Source: an uncultured Candidatus Saccharibacteria bacterium
Lineage (GTDB): Bacteria > Patescibacteriota > Minisyncoccia > Phycocordibacterales > DATDWN01
Reading direction: 5' to 3'
DNA length: 64,000 nt
Assembly (NCBI GenBank): GCA_964551495.1
Contig: CAZKCA010000001.1
Coordinates: 34,384-98,383 of the forward strand
Numbering within the stretch: position 1 is the first letter of the stretch; each line of letters opens with the position of its first letter. The notes beneath the pieces are model-generated. The model was not told the DNA's origin. It was given only the letters and a program-made list of their open reading frames with translations, and ran no database searches. Both the position numbers and the translations under genes were made by a program. Positions 29,443 through 39,868 of the stretch are shown one piece after another.

Positions 29443-29485
29443 ATTTTGTTTTAGCTAAAAATCTGCGAATGTTTCAAAAAGTTGT
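29443..29485. repeat. Truncated family A repeat fragment (terminal ~40 nt)
   Basis: ttttgttttagctaaaaatctgcgaatgttt matches the reverse complement of the 5' end of copy A5 (aaaacattcgcagatttttagctaaaacaaaagc). Confidence 0.5.
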
Positions 29486-29510
29486 TTTTTTAAAGTATAT
29501 GAAAAATAAG

Positions 29511-29662
29511 AATCTCTGAAACAACACCTTTCTAGAGACTCCACAGCTTTTGAGCATGGTTCCGTCAAGGCGCCCCTTCTTGACTGATCAAAAGCGAGGA
29601 CTGCTGAACAAACTCGCAGGAGTTTGTGAGGGTGCTCTAGAAAGGTGTTGTAGAGGAGATTT
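29511..29662. repeat. Family B long imperfect-palindrome element, copy B1 (ERIC-like, likely a structured RNA)
   Basis: An 18-bp perfect closing stem (aacaacacctttctagag / ctctagaaaggtgttgt) extends to ~28 bp with an internal loop. Internal hairpins cgtcaag...cttgac and acaaactc-gcag-gagtttgt are present. A homologous copy lies at 32821. Confidence 0.7.
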
Positions 29663-29678
29663 TTCCCAAACTAAACTA

Positions 29679-30260
29679 TTAAAACAAACTTTGAGTTTTT
29701 ATTTCCAGGACAGGCTCCCAGTGTTTTGTATCCAATTTTATTTCTTTGGTGAAAGGCCCTTCTTTGAAAATAAGTTTTTTATTTTTCATTGCATACTCGT
29801 AAACATCTTTTGTAATTTTTACATCATCTAGACAGTATTTTCGTATTTTATCTATTTCTCCTTGTTTCCACCATGCAACAGCTTCCAAACCATTTCCGCT
29901 TTTATGTATTCCAAAAGTCCCTTCAGCTATCTGATCTAGTTTCATCCTACGTCCGTAGGTGTTTTTTATTTCTTTCAAAATATCAAGAGACCTTATTTGA
30001 TTTAGATCTCCTAAGCCTGCTTTTTTGTAGTATTTGTTTAAAAGAGGGATATCGAAATGATCGCCATTATAGGTAATAAGCATATCTGATTTACTTATTA
30101 TTTCCCACATAGAGGGGAATTCTTCTTGGGTAAAACTTTTATAAGAATCTGATTCATAATCATAAAGTCCCACAATAGAAATATCCAAGTCAACAGGATC
30201 ATTGGACCCAACATCTTGGAATATATTTTTTGTCTCGATATCAAATACAATTTTTCGCAT
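29679..30260 (-). CDS. DEDD-family 3'-5' exonuclease (RNase H-like fold)
   Basis: Exo motif I (FDIET); the rest of the fold assignment is inferred. Confidence 0.55.
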   Translation of the reverse strand: MRKIVFDIETKNIFQDVGSNDPVDLDISIVGLYDYESDSYKSFTQEEFPSMWEIISKSDMLITYNGDHFDIPLLNKYYKKAGLGDLNQIRSLDILKEIKNTYGRRMKLDQIAEGTFGIHKSGNGLEAVAWWKQGEIDKIRKYCLDDVKITKDVYEYAMKNKKLIFKEGPFTKEIKLDTKHWEPVLEIKTQSLF

Positions 30261-31546
30261 TATTCTGTCTTTTTTATTAATTCAACTATCCCTGATATTG
30301 GTAGTTTATTTTCTGTTTCTGATTGGAGGTGTTTTATTGTATAAGAATCACTTTTTATTTCATCTTCACCAATAGCAAGAAAGTAAGGTATTTTTTGTTT
30401 CAGGGCTAATTTTATCTGATCACCTATTTTTTTGTTTGTTAAATTTACAGTGACATTTATACCTTCTGATCTTATAGCACTAGCTATATATTCAGCATTT
30501 TGTATAAAGTCTTCGTTTATAGTTCCTATAAATAGCTGACAATTTGATTTGTATTCTGGTAATAAATTGTGTGTTTCCAAAAAGTCTTTTACTGTTACAT
30601 CTCCAGCACCAAAACCAATAGCTGGGACTTTTTGTGCTCCAAAAATATCCAAAAGGTCATCATACCTTCCTCCTCCAAAAATAGATCGATTGTTTTCTGG
30701 AGAAGTGTCAAAAACTTCAAAAACTGTTCCTGTATAATAATCAAAACCTCTCATTAGTGTCGGATCAAATTTTATATTTTTTATACCATTTGCTTCTAGT
30801 TTTTCTATAAGTATGACTAAATCTTCTACGTTTTTATTTGATACTCCCAAAGTATTTAACAAAACTTCGTTTGAAGATATTAATCTAATAAAGTCATCAG
30901 TTTTATCTCCTAGTATTTCTTCTAGACTTGTTCGGAAAGTGTCTTCACTTATCTTATCTTTTTTATCTATTATTTTTGATAATTTGTATGATTTATCCTC
31001 ATCTAATGAAAAAAGATTGTATAAATCTTTCATTAGTTTTCTACTATTTAATCTAATAACAAAATCTTCTTCTTTTGCTCCGAAGTTTTTCATTATTGTA
31101 TAGGCGATTTTTATTATCTCAACATCAGCATCTTTAGATTCAACACCAAACAGGTCAACATTTAATTGCCAGTGTTCACGAAGTCTTCCTTTTTGAGGTT
31201 TCTCATATCTAAAGAGGTTTGGTATAGAGAACCATTTAATAGGAAAAGGTAGTTCTTTTACTTTGGCTGCTATCATTCTTGCAACAGTTGGGGTCATCTC
31301 TGGTCTTAAAGTAACCTCTCTTTCACCTCTGTCTAGGAAAGTATAAGTTTGTTCATTCACTATTTCTTCACCAGATTTTGCTCTGTATAATTCAGCTGAC
31401 TCTAGTATTGAGGCGCTGTATTCTTCGTAACCAAAAGATTTTGCGGTTTTTTTCCAGGTTTCAAATATGTAGTTTAGAACAAACATATCTTCTGGGTAAA
31501 AATCTCTTACCCCTTTATAACTTTCGGTACTTATTTTTTGTGACAT
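30260..31546 (-). CDS. hisS: Histidine--tRNA ligase
   Basis: Class II aaRS motifs plus the HisRS-specific GGRYD-type motif (IFGGGRYDDL) and an anticodon-binding domain. Confidence 0.85.
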   Translation of the reverse strand: MSQKISTESYKGVRDFYPEDMFVLNYIFETWKKTAKSFGYEEYSASILESAELYRAKSGEEIVNEQTYTFLDRGEREVTLRPEMTPTVARMIAAKVKELPFPIKWFSIPNLFRYEKPQKGRLREHWQLNVDLFGVESKDADVEIIKIAYTIMKNFGAKEEDFVIRLNSRKLMKDLYNLFSLDEDKSYKLSKIIDKKDKISEDTFRTSLEEILGDKTDDFIRLISSNEVLLNTLGVSNKNVEDLVILIEKLEANGIKNIKFDPTLMRGFDYYTGTVFEVFDTSPENNRSIFGGGRYDDLLDIFGAQKVPAIGFGAGDVTVKDFLETHNLLPEYKSNCQLFIGTINEDFIQNAEYIASAIRSEGINVTVNLTNKKIGDQIKLALKQKIPYFLAIGEDEIKSDSYTIKHLQSETENKLPISGIVELIKKTE

Positions 31547-31599
31547 GATAGATAAAGTATTAATAAAATGATAGACTTCTTTGTAAGTTTAACTAAAAA

Positions 31600-32358
31600 A
31601 TGACCAATATACAAGAAAAAGGGATACATTTGGTATATAAGAATCTTGGAGAAACACCGAAGGAGTGTATAGATAGATACAAAGAGAATAACTTAGAAAT
31701 AAAAGATATTCCTTTGACTTATGTTGGAAGACTTGATCCAATGGCTGAAGGACTTTTGATTTTTATAGAAAGCAACCTTTTACAAAAAAGAGGGGAATTT
31801 TTATCTTTGCCAAAAACTTATGTTTTTGAAATTTTATGGGGTTTACAGACAGACACAGGGGATGTTTTGGGTATGATTGAAAATGAAAAATTAAAAGTTC
31901 CAACGGAAGAACAAATAAAGAAAGTTTTAGACAAAAATTTAGGAGAATTTAGTCAAAAATATCCAATTTATTCTTCAGAGCCAGTAAAGGGTAAACCACT
32001 TTTTGTTTGGGCAAGAGAAGGAAAGGTTTCTGAGATAGAAATACCAGAACATGTAGTTTCTTTATATGAAGCGAAATTTTTAGAAAGAAGAGAAATTACT
32101 CCTTTGGATTTGTTTGAACAAATAAAAGAAAAAATTTCCAAAGTTAAAGGTGATTTTAGACAAGATGAGATAATTTCAAAATGGCAAGATGTTTTAAAAG
32201 ATAAAATACAAAACTTAGTGATAGACAAAATAGAAGTATCTGTCAGTTCTGGGTTTTATATAAGACAGTTTGTTCCGGATTTGGCGGATTCTTTAGGAAA
32301 CTGTGCTCTAGTTAACCACATTATCAGGACAAAAGTTGGGGATTACCAGTTGTTGTAA
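31600..32358 (+). CDS. truB: tRNA pseudouridine synthase (TruB-like)
   Basis: Catalytic-Asp motif YVGRLDPMAEGLLIF (TruB GTLDPxAxG). Confidence 0.6.
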   Translation: MTNIQEKGIHLVYKNLGETPKECIDRYKENNLEIKDIPLTYVGRLDPMAEGLLIFIESNLLQKRGEFLSLPKTYVFEILWGLQTDTGDVLGMIENEKLKVPTEEQIKKVLDKNLGEFSQKYPIYSSEPVKGKPLFVWAREGKVSEIEIPEHVVSLYEAKFLERREITPLDLFEQIKEKISKVKGDFRQDEIISKWQDVLKDKIQNLVIDKIEVSVSSGFYIRQFVPDLADSLGNCALVNHIIRTKVGDYQLL

Positions 32359-32640
32359 TTTTTTTTAAAAAGTGGTATTTATATAAATAGGAAAGGAAAA
32401 GTTTTTGGCAACTTTCAATCCGGATATCCAATTTTTTGCGAGGGATCTCTTCAATTTTGATGAAGAGAGGAAGGAGGAAAAAAGGATTCGCCGAGCAAAG
32501 AAGCCAAGCCGAAGTCACGAGGGGACCGAAAGGAAACCCCCTCGGAACCGTCCGTGCTACCGCGCACGATAGACACAAGCCCCCACATACGTGGGGGCTT
32601 TTGAATATATAAACAACAAGAGACAAATAATTTATCATCG

Positions 32641-32760
32641 TCCTCGGTTTTTGTGAAATAAAGCACTCGAAGCTGGCCTCTCGCCAAACTCGCTACACTC
32701 AAACATGCTCCAGACTTACTTTATTTTCGTCGTTGTTTTCTAATATCCTGTGCAATGTTT
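32641..32760. repeat. Family A repeat, copy A2 (reverse orientation; variant end ctgtgcaatgtttt)
   Basis: cctcggtttttgtgaaataaagcactcgaagctggcctctcgccaaactcgctacactcaaaca... is near-identical to the core of A4 (36052-36175) in reverse. Confidence 0.7.
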
Positions 32761-32820
32761 TGGGAAATAGTGTTTTATTATTAAATTTAATATTACTAAT
32801 TTATAATTATTTACAGTTTT

Positions 32821-32977
32821 TTTAATCTCCGAAACAACAACTTTTCTGGAGACTCCACAGCTTTTGGGCATGGTTTCGTCAAGGTATTCCTTCTTGACGA
32901 ACCAAAAGCGAGGACTGCCGAACAAACTCGCAGGAGTTTGTGAGGTTGCTCCAGAAAAGTTGTTGTGGAGGAGGTTA
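32821..32977. repeat. Family B element, copy B2
   Basis: Homolog of B1. The closing stem is acaacaacttttctggag / ctccagaaaagttgttgt. Three substitutions or indels relative to B1 are each mirrored in the opposite arm. Confidence 0.7.
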
Positions 32978-32985
32978 AATCGTAT

Positions 32986-34767
32986 TTACTTCTTAAAAAC
33001 CTTCTTTCTTAACCTTACAGACTTTGGAGTTATCTCTATGTATTCATCTTCAGCCATTATCTCCATGGCTTTTTCTATGTCTAATTTATAAGCAGGGGCA
33101 AGGAAAATTCCATCATCAGACCCAGAGGCACGCATGTTTGTAAGTTGTTTTCCTTTTATAGGATTTACTTGCAAATCATCTCCTTTAGAAACATTTCCAA
33201 TAACCATTCCTTCATAGACTTCCATACCAGGTTCTACATATAAAGTTCCTCTTTGTTGCAAGTTGTCTAGAGCAAAAGCTAAAACTTTTCCTTTCATCAT
33301 TGAAACCATAGATCCCAAATGACTTCTTTTTATTTCTCCAGCATAAGGTCTAAATTCTATAAACCTACTTGAAAGTATTCCTTGACCTTTTGTGTCTACG
33401 ACAAACTGTCCTCTGTAGCCCAAAAGTCCTCTAGTTGGTATTTCAAAAATAACTCTCTGAGTTGTATCTTCTTGTTTTATGTTTGTTATGATCCCTTTTC
33501 TACTAGTCAGTGTGCTTATCACAGCACTTGCAAGTTCATTTGGAACATCTACTATAACCTCTTCAAAAGGCTCAAGTTTAATTCCATTTTCTTCTTTTAT
33601 AATTACTTGTGGTTGAGAAACTTGAACTTCATATCCTTCTCGTCTCATGTTTTCTAGTAGGACAGCAATATGAAGCTCTCCTCGTCCATACACAGCAAAA
33701 CCTTCTTTAGTACCAGCAAACTCTCCTTTACTTTCAGGATTCCAATCAACTCGGAGGCCAACATTAACTTCAAGTTCTTTTTCCAATCTTTCTCTTATCT
33801 GTCTTCCTGTTACAAATTTCCCTTCGGTTCCAGCAAAAGGGGAGTCGTTTACTAAAAAGTTTAGAGAGATTGTTGGTTCATCTATCTTAATTGTTGGCAA
33901 AGGTTCTGTCTCAGGATCTTTGCAAATAGTGTCTCCAATATATATAGTCGGAAGTCCAGCGATCATAACAATATCTCCAGCAGTTGCCTCAGGGGTCTCT
34001 ACTCTTTTTGTTCCTTCAAATGTAAATATTTTTGTTATTTTTCCACTAACTGTTTCTGTATTGTGTTGTTTAAAATAAATTTGCTCACCTACTTTTACTG
34101 TTCCTTCGTATACTCTACAAATAGCCATTCTTCCTAAGAAATTATCGTAAGCAAGGTTAAAGGTTTGAAGTTTTGCCGGAGCATTTATGTCTCCGTTTGC
34201 TACTGGAACTTTTTCTAGGATTGTATCAAGTAGGGGAGTTAGATCTTTTGAATCTTCATCAAGTGTTCTTTTTGCTATTCCGTCTCTTCCAATAGCATAT
34301 ATAGTAGTGAAATCTATTTGGTGGTCATTTGCTCCAAGCTCTAAGAAAAGCTCCAGAACCATTTCGTGGACAGCGTCTGGTCTTGCAGCGGGTTTGTCTA
34401 TTTTGTTTATAACAACAATTGGCTTTAGTCCAAGTTCAAGTGATTTTTTCAAAACAAATCTTGTTTGAGGCATCGGCCCTTCTTGAGCATCTACCAAAAG
34501 CAAAACATCATCAATAGAACGAAGAACTCTTTCTACTTCAGATCCAAAGTCAGCGTGACCTGGTGTGTCCACTATGTTTATTTTTGTATCTTTGTAGTAG
34601 ATAGAAGTATTTTTAGCATAAATAGTGATACCTCTTTCAAGCTCTAGTGCATTAGAGTCCATTGTTGTCCCTTCCTCGGACATTCCTGTCTGACGCATCA
34701 AAGCATCGGTAAGAGTTGTCTTGCCGTGGTCTACGTGAGCTATGATCGCTATGTTTCTTATTTCCAT
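32986..34767 (-). CDS. typA: Translational GTPase TypA/BipA
   Basis: NIAIIAHVDHGKTTL, DTPGHADF, NKID G-domain motifs plus EF-G-like domains. 593 aa. Confidence 0.9.
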   Translation of the reverse strand: MEIRNIAIIAHVDHGKTTLTDALMRQTGMSEEGTTMDSNALELERGITIYAKNTSIYYKDTKINIVDTPGHADFGSEVERVLRSIDDVLLLVDAQEGPMPQTRFVLKKSLELGLKPIVVINKIDKPAARPDAVHEMVLELFLELGANDHQIDFTTIYAIGRDGIAKRTLDEDSKDLTPLLDTILEKVPVANGDINAPAKLQTFNLAYDNFLGRMAICRVYEGTVKVGEQIYFKQHNTETVSGKITKIFTFEGTKRVETPEATAGDIVMIAGLPTIYIGDTICKDPETEPLPTIKIDEPTISLNFLVNDSPFAGTEGKFVTGRQIRERLEKELEVNVGLRVDWNPESKGEFAGTKEGFAVYGRGELHIAVLLENMRREGYEVQVSQPQVIIKEENGIKLEPFEEVIVDVPNELASAVISTLTSRKGIITNIKQEDTTQRVIFEIPTRGLLGYRGQFVVDTKGQGILSSRFIEFRPYAGEIKRSHLGSMVSMMKGKVLAFALDNLQQRGTLYVEPGMEVYEGMVIGNVSKGDDLQVNPIKGKQLTNMRASGSDDGIFLAPAYKLDIEKAMEIMAEDEYIEITPKSVRLRKKVFKK

Positions 34768-34917
34768 AATAAAAATTGCCGTTAAAATCGTTCTTTACAA
34801 AAAAGACAAACGAAAGTCCATTAAATCACAAAATAAGGCTTTAAGTCAACCTTTGAGAGGGTTTTCTTTTGTGTATTTCTTTTCACCAAAAAATTTTTCT
34901 TTTGGTATAATGTTTTT

Positions 34918-35172
34918 ATGCAACCAATCGAGACTCCACCTTTTATAGAAAAAGTTTCAGAAGTCTTTTCTTATATTATCTCTCAAACCCCAGCTTTAAA
35001 TATTTTTCTTATTATATTTTTTGTATTTTATTTCATTATATCTGCGATACTTATGTATCACTGGAATGCTTATGGTATGAAAGCTCAGGGTGTAATTGTG
35101 GCTGAAACTTTGTATGTTTTTGTTTCTTTAGCATTATTTCTATTTGCTTCTTTAGCATTATTTTATTTTTAA
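34918..35172 (+). CDS. Small membrane protein
   Basis: Two TM helices, immediately upstream of the PH-domain protein. Putative YdbS-like partner. Confidence 0.35.
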   Translation: MQPIETPPFIEKVSEVFSYIISQTPALNIFLIIFFVFYFIISAILMYHWNAYGMKAQGVIVAETLYVFVSLALFLFASLALFYF

Positions 35173-35176
35173 AATT

Positions 35177-35728
35177 ATGATCAAGAAAAAATTAAATCTA
35201 GATCAGGACGAAAATGTCTTATTGGAAGTTAGGAGGCATTGGATAATTTTCTTAGGACACTCTTTAGCTTTACTTTTTGCGGCCATCTTGCCTTTTGCTG
35301 TTTTTACTTTGTTTAAAATGTTTTTGCCACAAATAATAGATGCAATACAAATATCTGGAAATGAAACAGCTTTATTTACTTTCTTTTATTGTTTGTGGCT
35401 TTTGTTTTTGTGGTGTTCTTTTTTTATAGAATGGACCAAATATTATTTGGATGTTTGGTATGTGACAGAAAAGAGAATAATAGACATAGAACAAAGAGGG
35501 TTGTTTTCTAGGGAGATCACTAACTTAAGGTTTGATAAAATCCAAGACGTTACTATAGATACTCATGGCTTTATCGCTACTCTTTTAGGTTTTGGAAATA
35601 TAAGAGTTCAAACTGCTGCTGAAGATAGTAGAAGTTTCTACATGGCCACAGTTTCTCATCCGGAAAGAGTCAGACAGGTTATATTTAATCAGCACAACAT
35701 CTCACAAAAAGGAGGTGGGGGTTTGTAA
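35177..35728 (+). CDS. Bacterial PH-domain (bPH_2, YdbT-like) membrane protein
   Basis: Two N-terminal TM helices followed by a PH-like segment (EKRIIDIEQRGLFSREITNLRFDKIQDV). Confidence 0.5.
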   Translation: MIKKKLNLDQDENVLLEVRRHWIIFLGHSLALLFAAILPFAVFTLFKMFLPQIIDAIQISGNETALFTFFYCLWLLFLWCSFFIEWTKYYLDVWYVTEKRIIDIEQRGLFSREITNLRFDKIQDVTIDTHGFIATLLGFGNIRVQTAAEDSRSFYMATVSHPERVRQVIFNQHNISQKGGGGL

Positions 35729-35761
35729 CAATAAAATAAAAACAAAACATATTTTTAAAAA

Positions 35762-35785
35762 CCCGCATAAAACCATCTGATTACA
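35762..35785 (+). terminator. Rho-independent terminator
   Basis: aaccatctg-atta-cagatggtt followed by TTTT. Confidence 0.55.
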
Positions 35786-35789
35786 GATG

Positions 35790-35868
35790 GTTTTTGCTAT
35801 CCCTTACAGGGACTGTACACCTTTCACATTTGATTACAAATGCTCAAGGTCTTGCGAAGCTATAACAT
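35790..35868. repeat. Family C intergenic repeat, copy C2
   Basis: Near-identical to 10577-10655. Confidence 0.7.
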
Positions 35869-35917
35869 AGCTTCTCACTCGAATATAAAGAAAACAATCT
35901 CCTCAATACGTAGTCTT

Positions 35918-36002
35918 TCGCAAACTCGGCAAAAAGCCTCAAACATGCTCAAGACTTACTTTATTTTCGTCATTGTTTTCTAATATCCTGTGCAATGTTT
36001 TT
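35918..36002. repeat. Family A repeat, truncated copy A3 (reverse orientation, ctgtgcaatgtttt end)
   Basis: ctcaaacatgctcaagacttactttattttcgtcattgttttctaatatcctgtgcaatgttttt matches the distal half of A2. Confidence 0.6.
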
Positions 36003-36035
36003 AAAAATATGTTTTGTTTTTTTGTTTAGTCCAAA

Positions 36036-36193
36036 TCAAAAGCACACTAATAAAAACATTCGCAGGTTTTTGACTGAAATAACAGCGAGAAGCGCCAGCC
36101 GGAGACACTGTCTGAGCGTAGCGAGTTTGGCGGGAGGCCAGCTTCGAGTGCTTTATTTCACAAAAACCGAGGACGTTTTTAGTGTGTGCTTTT
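36036..36193. repeat. Family A repeat, copy A4 (forward) with copy-specific flanking inverted repeats
   Basis: Core aaaaacattcgcagg...gcgagtttggcgggaggccagcttcgagtgctttatttcacaaaaaccgaggacg. Flanks aaaagcacacta (36036-47) and tagtgtgtgctttt (36180-93) are reverse complements. Confidence 0.7.
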
Positions 36194-36254
36194 GACTTCA
36201 TTTTACCAACCACAACTCTCGTGATAGAATAAGTTCCGTTAATAATTAATTTGA

Positions 36255-37565
<1,311 letters not shown>

Positions 37566-37596
37566 TAGCTTTCAAAAAATTTAGTATAATAGCTTT

Positions 37597-39105
37597 ATGA
37601 ATAAACACAAACAAGTCCTTTTAGTCGTGCTTGATGGTTGGGGTTATAGAGAAGATTCTAAAGATAATGCTATAGCACAAGCAAATACTCCTGTGTTTGA
37701 TAGGTTATGGAAAGATTATCCTCATTCATTACTCAAAGCTTCTGGTGAAGCAGTGGGACTTCCAGAAGGACAAATGGGTAACAGTGAAGTTGGTCATATG
37801 ACAATCGGCGCTGGTAAACCTTTAGATCAAGATTTAGTTAGGATAAAAAAGGCTATAGATTCTGGAGAATATGCTAAAAATCCAGCTTTTCTGGCTCTGT
37901 TTGATCATGTAAAAAAGAATGATTCAACCCTGCATGTTCAAGGACTTCTTTCGGATGGAGGTGTACATAGTCATATGGAACATCTTTTTGCTTTTCTAAA
38001 AGCAGCTAGAGAAAACGGTGTTAAAAGAGTAGCTATTCATGTTTTTACAGATGGCCGAGATACTGCTCCTCAAAGTGGTGCTGGTTATTTGAAAAAATTG
38101 GAAGAGATTTTGGAACAAGTTGGAATTGGTTTTATTGCCTCTGTTTCTGGAAGATTTTATGCAATGGATAGAGATAACAATTGGGATAGACTTGATAAGG
38201 TAGAAAAAGCTTTGTTTGAATGTAAAGGAAATGTTTGTACACTAAAACCTTCTGAATATGTAGAAAATCTTTATAAAGAAAATAAAATAGACGAGACTAT
38301 TGAACCAATAGTTTGTCTTGGTGCAGACGGTAAAGGTTGTGCCATAGAAGCTCATGACGGAGTTTTTTTCTTTAACTTTAGGGCAGATAGGGCCAGGATG
38401 ATTTCTTCAAAAATTTTAGAAAAAACTAACAAAGAAGATATTTGTTTTGTGACTCTGACAGAGTATGGGGCAGAATTTAAGTGTTTAGTTGCTTTCCCAC
38501 CAGAAGTTATTTGTTCAACTTTAGCAAAAGAGATTTCAAATGCAGGTCTTACTCAGGCACATATAGCAGAAACAGAAAAGTTTCCTCATGCAACCTACTT
38601 TTTAAATGGAGGTGTAGAAAAACCTTATCCGGGTGAAGAGCATATTCTTATCCCAAGTCAGAAAGAATTTCCAACTCATGATATGGCTCCAAAAATGCAG
38701 GCCAAAGGTATTGCAGACAAAACAATAGAGCAAATAGAAAAAGGAACACAGTTTATTTTTGTAAATATCGCAAATGCAGATATGGTGGGGCACTCAGCCA
38801 ATGTGCCGGCTATTATAGAGTCTGTGGAAGAAGCTGATAAGCAACTCGGAAGAATGGTAGAGGCTATAGAGAAAAGTGGAGGACTTGCTTTCATAACAGC
38901 AGATCATGGTAATGCAGAGGTAAATATTGATCCACAAACAGGCAATAAACATACAGCTCATACTACAAATCCCGTCCCAGCTATTGTTACAGACAAAAGT
39001 TATAAACTAAAAGATGGAACTTTGGCAGATATAGCGCCAACTATTTTAGCTGTACTCGACCTTCCAAAACCAGACTGTATGACAGGTAGTGTTTTGGTTG
39101 AATAA
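37597..39105 (+). CDS. gpmI: 2,3-bisphosphoglycerate-independent phosphoglycerate mutase
   Basis: LLVVLDGWG, SEVGHMTIGAG and TADHGNAE motifs. 502 aa. Confidence 0.9.
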   Translation: MNKHKQVLLVVLDGWGYREDSKDNAIAQANTPVFDRLWKDYPHSLLKASGEAVGLPEGQMGNSEVGHMTIGAGKPLDQDLVRIKKAIDSGEYAKNPAFLALFDHVKKNDSTLHVQGLLSDGGVHSHMEHLFAFLKAARENGVKRVAIHVFTDGRDTAPQSGAGYLKKLEEILEQVGIGFIASVSGRFYAMDRDNNWDRLDKVEKALFECKGNVCTLKPSEYVENLYKENKIDETIEPIVCLGADGKGCAIEAHDGVFFFNFRADRARMISSKILEKTNKEDICFVTLTEYGAEFKCLVAFPPEVICSTLAKEISNAGLTQAHIAETEKFPHATYFLNGGVEKPYPGEEHILIPSQKEFPTHDMAPKMQAKGIADKTIEQIEKGTQFIFVNIANADMVGHSANVPAIIESVEEADKQLGRMVEAIEKSGGLAFITADHGNAEVNIDPQTGNKHTAHTTNPVPAIVTDKSYKLKDGTLADIAPTILAVLDLPKPDCMTGSVLVE

Positions 39106-39173
39106 TTGACCAAATAACCTTTTTATATTAAAATCTTTGACTGGTTGTTCTTTGGAACACAGGAAGGAAGGTT

Positions 39174-39734
39174 TTGATGGTCAGACTTTTTGGAGATTCT
39201 AAAAATAGAGCTTTTGTTTTTCTAGGATTTCCTGGGGCAGGTAAGGGTGAACACTGCAAATACTTTAAGGATTATTATGGTTTTTACCATGTTGAAGTTG
39301 GTTATTTAATGAGGTCTAATCCAACTCTTCTTGCTTATACAGATGCAGGAATACCCTGTCCTTTTAATGAGGTATCTAGAGCTGTTTCGGAAGAGGTTAA
39401 AAAAGCCTCTTTTAAAAACATTGTTCTAGATGGGGCGCCCAGAGATGTCGATCAAGTTGGAATGGTTATTAACTTGCTAGAAGGATATTCAGTAAAGTAT
39501 ATAGTTCTGGAATGCCAATGGACCACCGCTTTTAATAGAGCAATACAAAGAGCAAGGCCGGATAGTACTCCGGAAATAGTTACAAAACGTCTAAATGATT
39601 ATGTAATATCAATAGACAAAATTTTAGATGAACTAGAAAGAAGGAGGCAAGATATTGTACATGTCAATGCTGAGCCTCCAGTCGAAGAAGTTCGTCTAGA
39701 GCTCTTGAAAATAATTTCTCCTGTTTCTGTCTAA
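39174..39734 (+). CDS. Adenylate kinase-like P-loop kinase (short form, no LID domain)
   Basis: P-loop FLGFPGAGKGEHC and LDGAPRDVDQ (compare adk LDGFPRT..Q). 186 aa. GC content is higher than the backbone. Confidence 0.55.
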   Translation: MMVRLFGDSKNRAFVFLGFPGAGKGEHCKYFKDYYGFYHVEVGYLMRSNPTLLAYTDAGIPCPFNEVSRAVSEEVKKASFKNIVLDGAPRDVDQVGMVINLLEGYSVKYIVLECQWTTAFNRAIQRARPDSTPEIVTKRLNDYVISIDKILDELERRRQDIVHVNAEPPVEEVRLELLKIISPVSV

Positions 39735-39745
39735 ACCCATTTTAG

Positions 39746-39772
39746 CGGGCCGGTAACGGCCTGCTTTTCTTT
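39746..39772 (+). terminator. Rho-independent terminator
   Basis: gggccg-gtaa-cggcctgc followed by ttttctttt. Confidence 0.5.
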
Positions 39773-39868
39773 TGTGTAAAAAATACGGTCTATTGACAAA
39801 AAAGCTTGTTTTATGTAGGTTTATGGCGTTGCCCAAGAGGGCACAGGTTCTTTGAGAGAGGTGATGTA

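Noticed and set aside
39806-39868. ATG start at 39806 for the PEP-CTERM protein
   Set aside because: That start gives a 21-aa non-signal leader (MFYVGLWRCPRGHRFFERGDV). GTG at 39869, preceded by an AGAGAGG Shine-Dalgarno, starts directly at the signal peptide.
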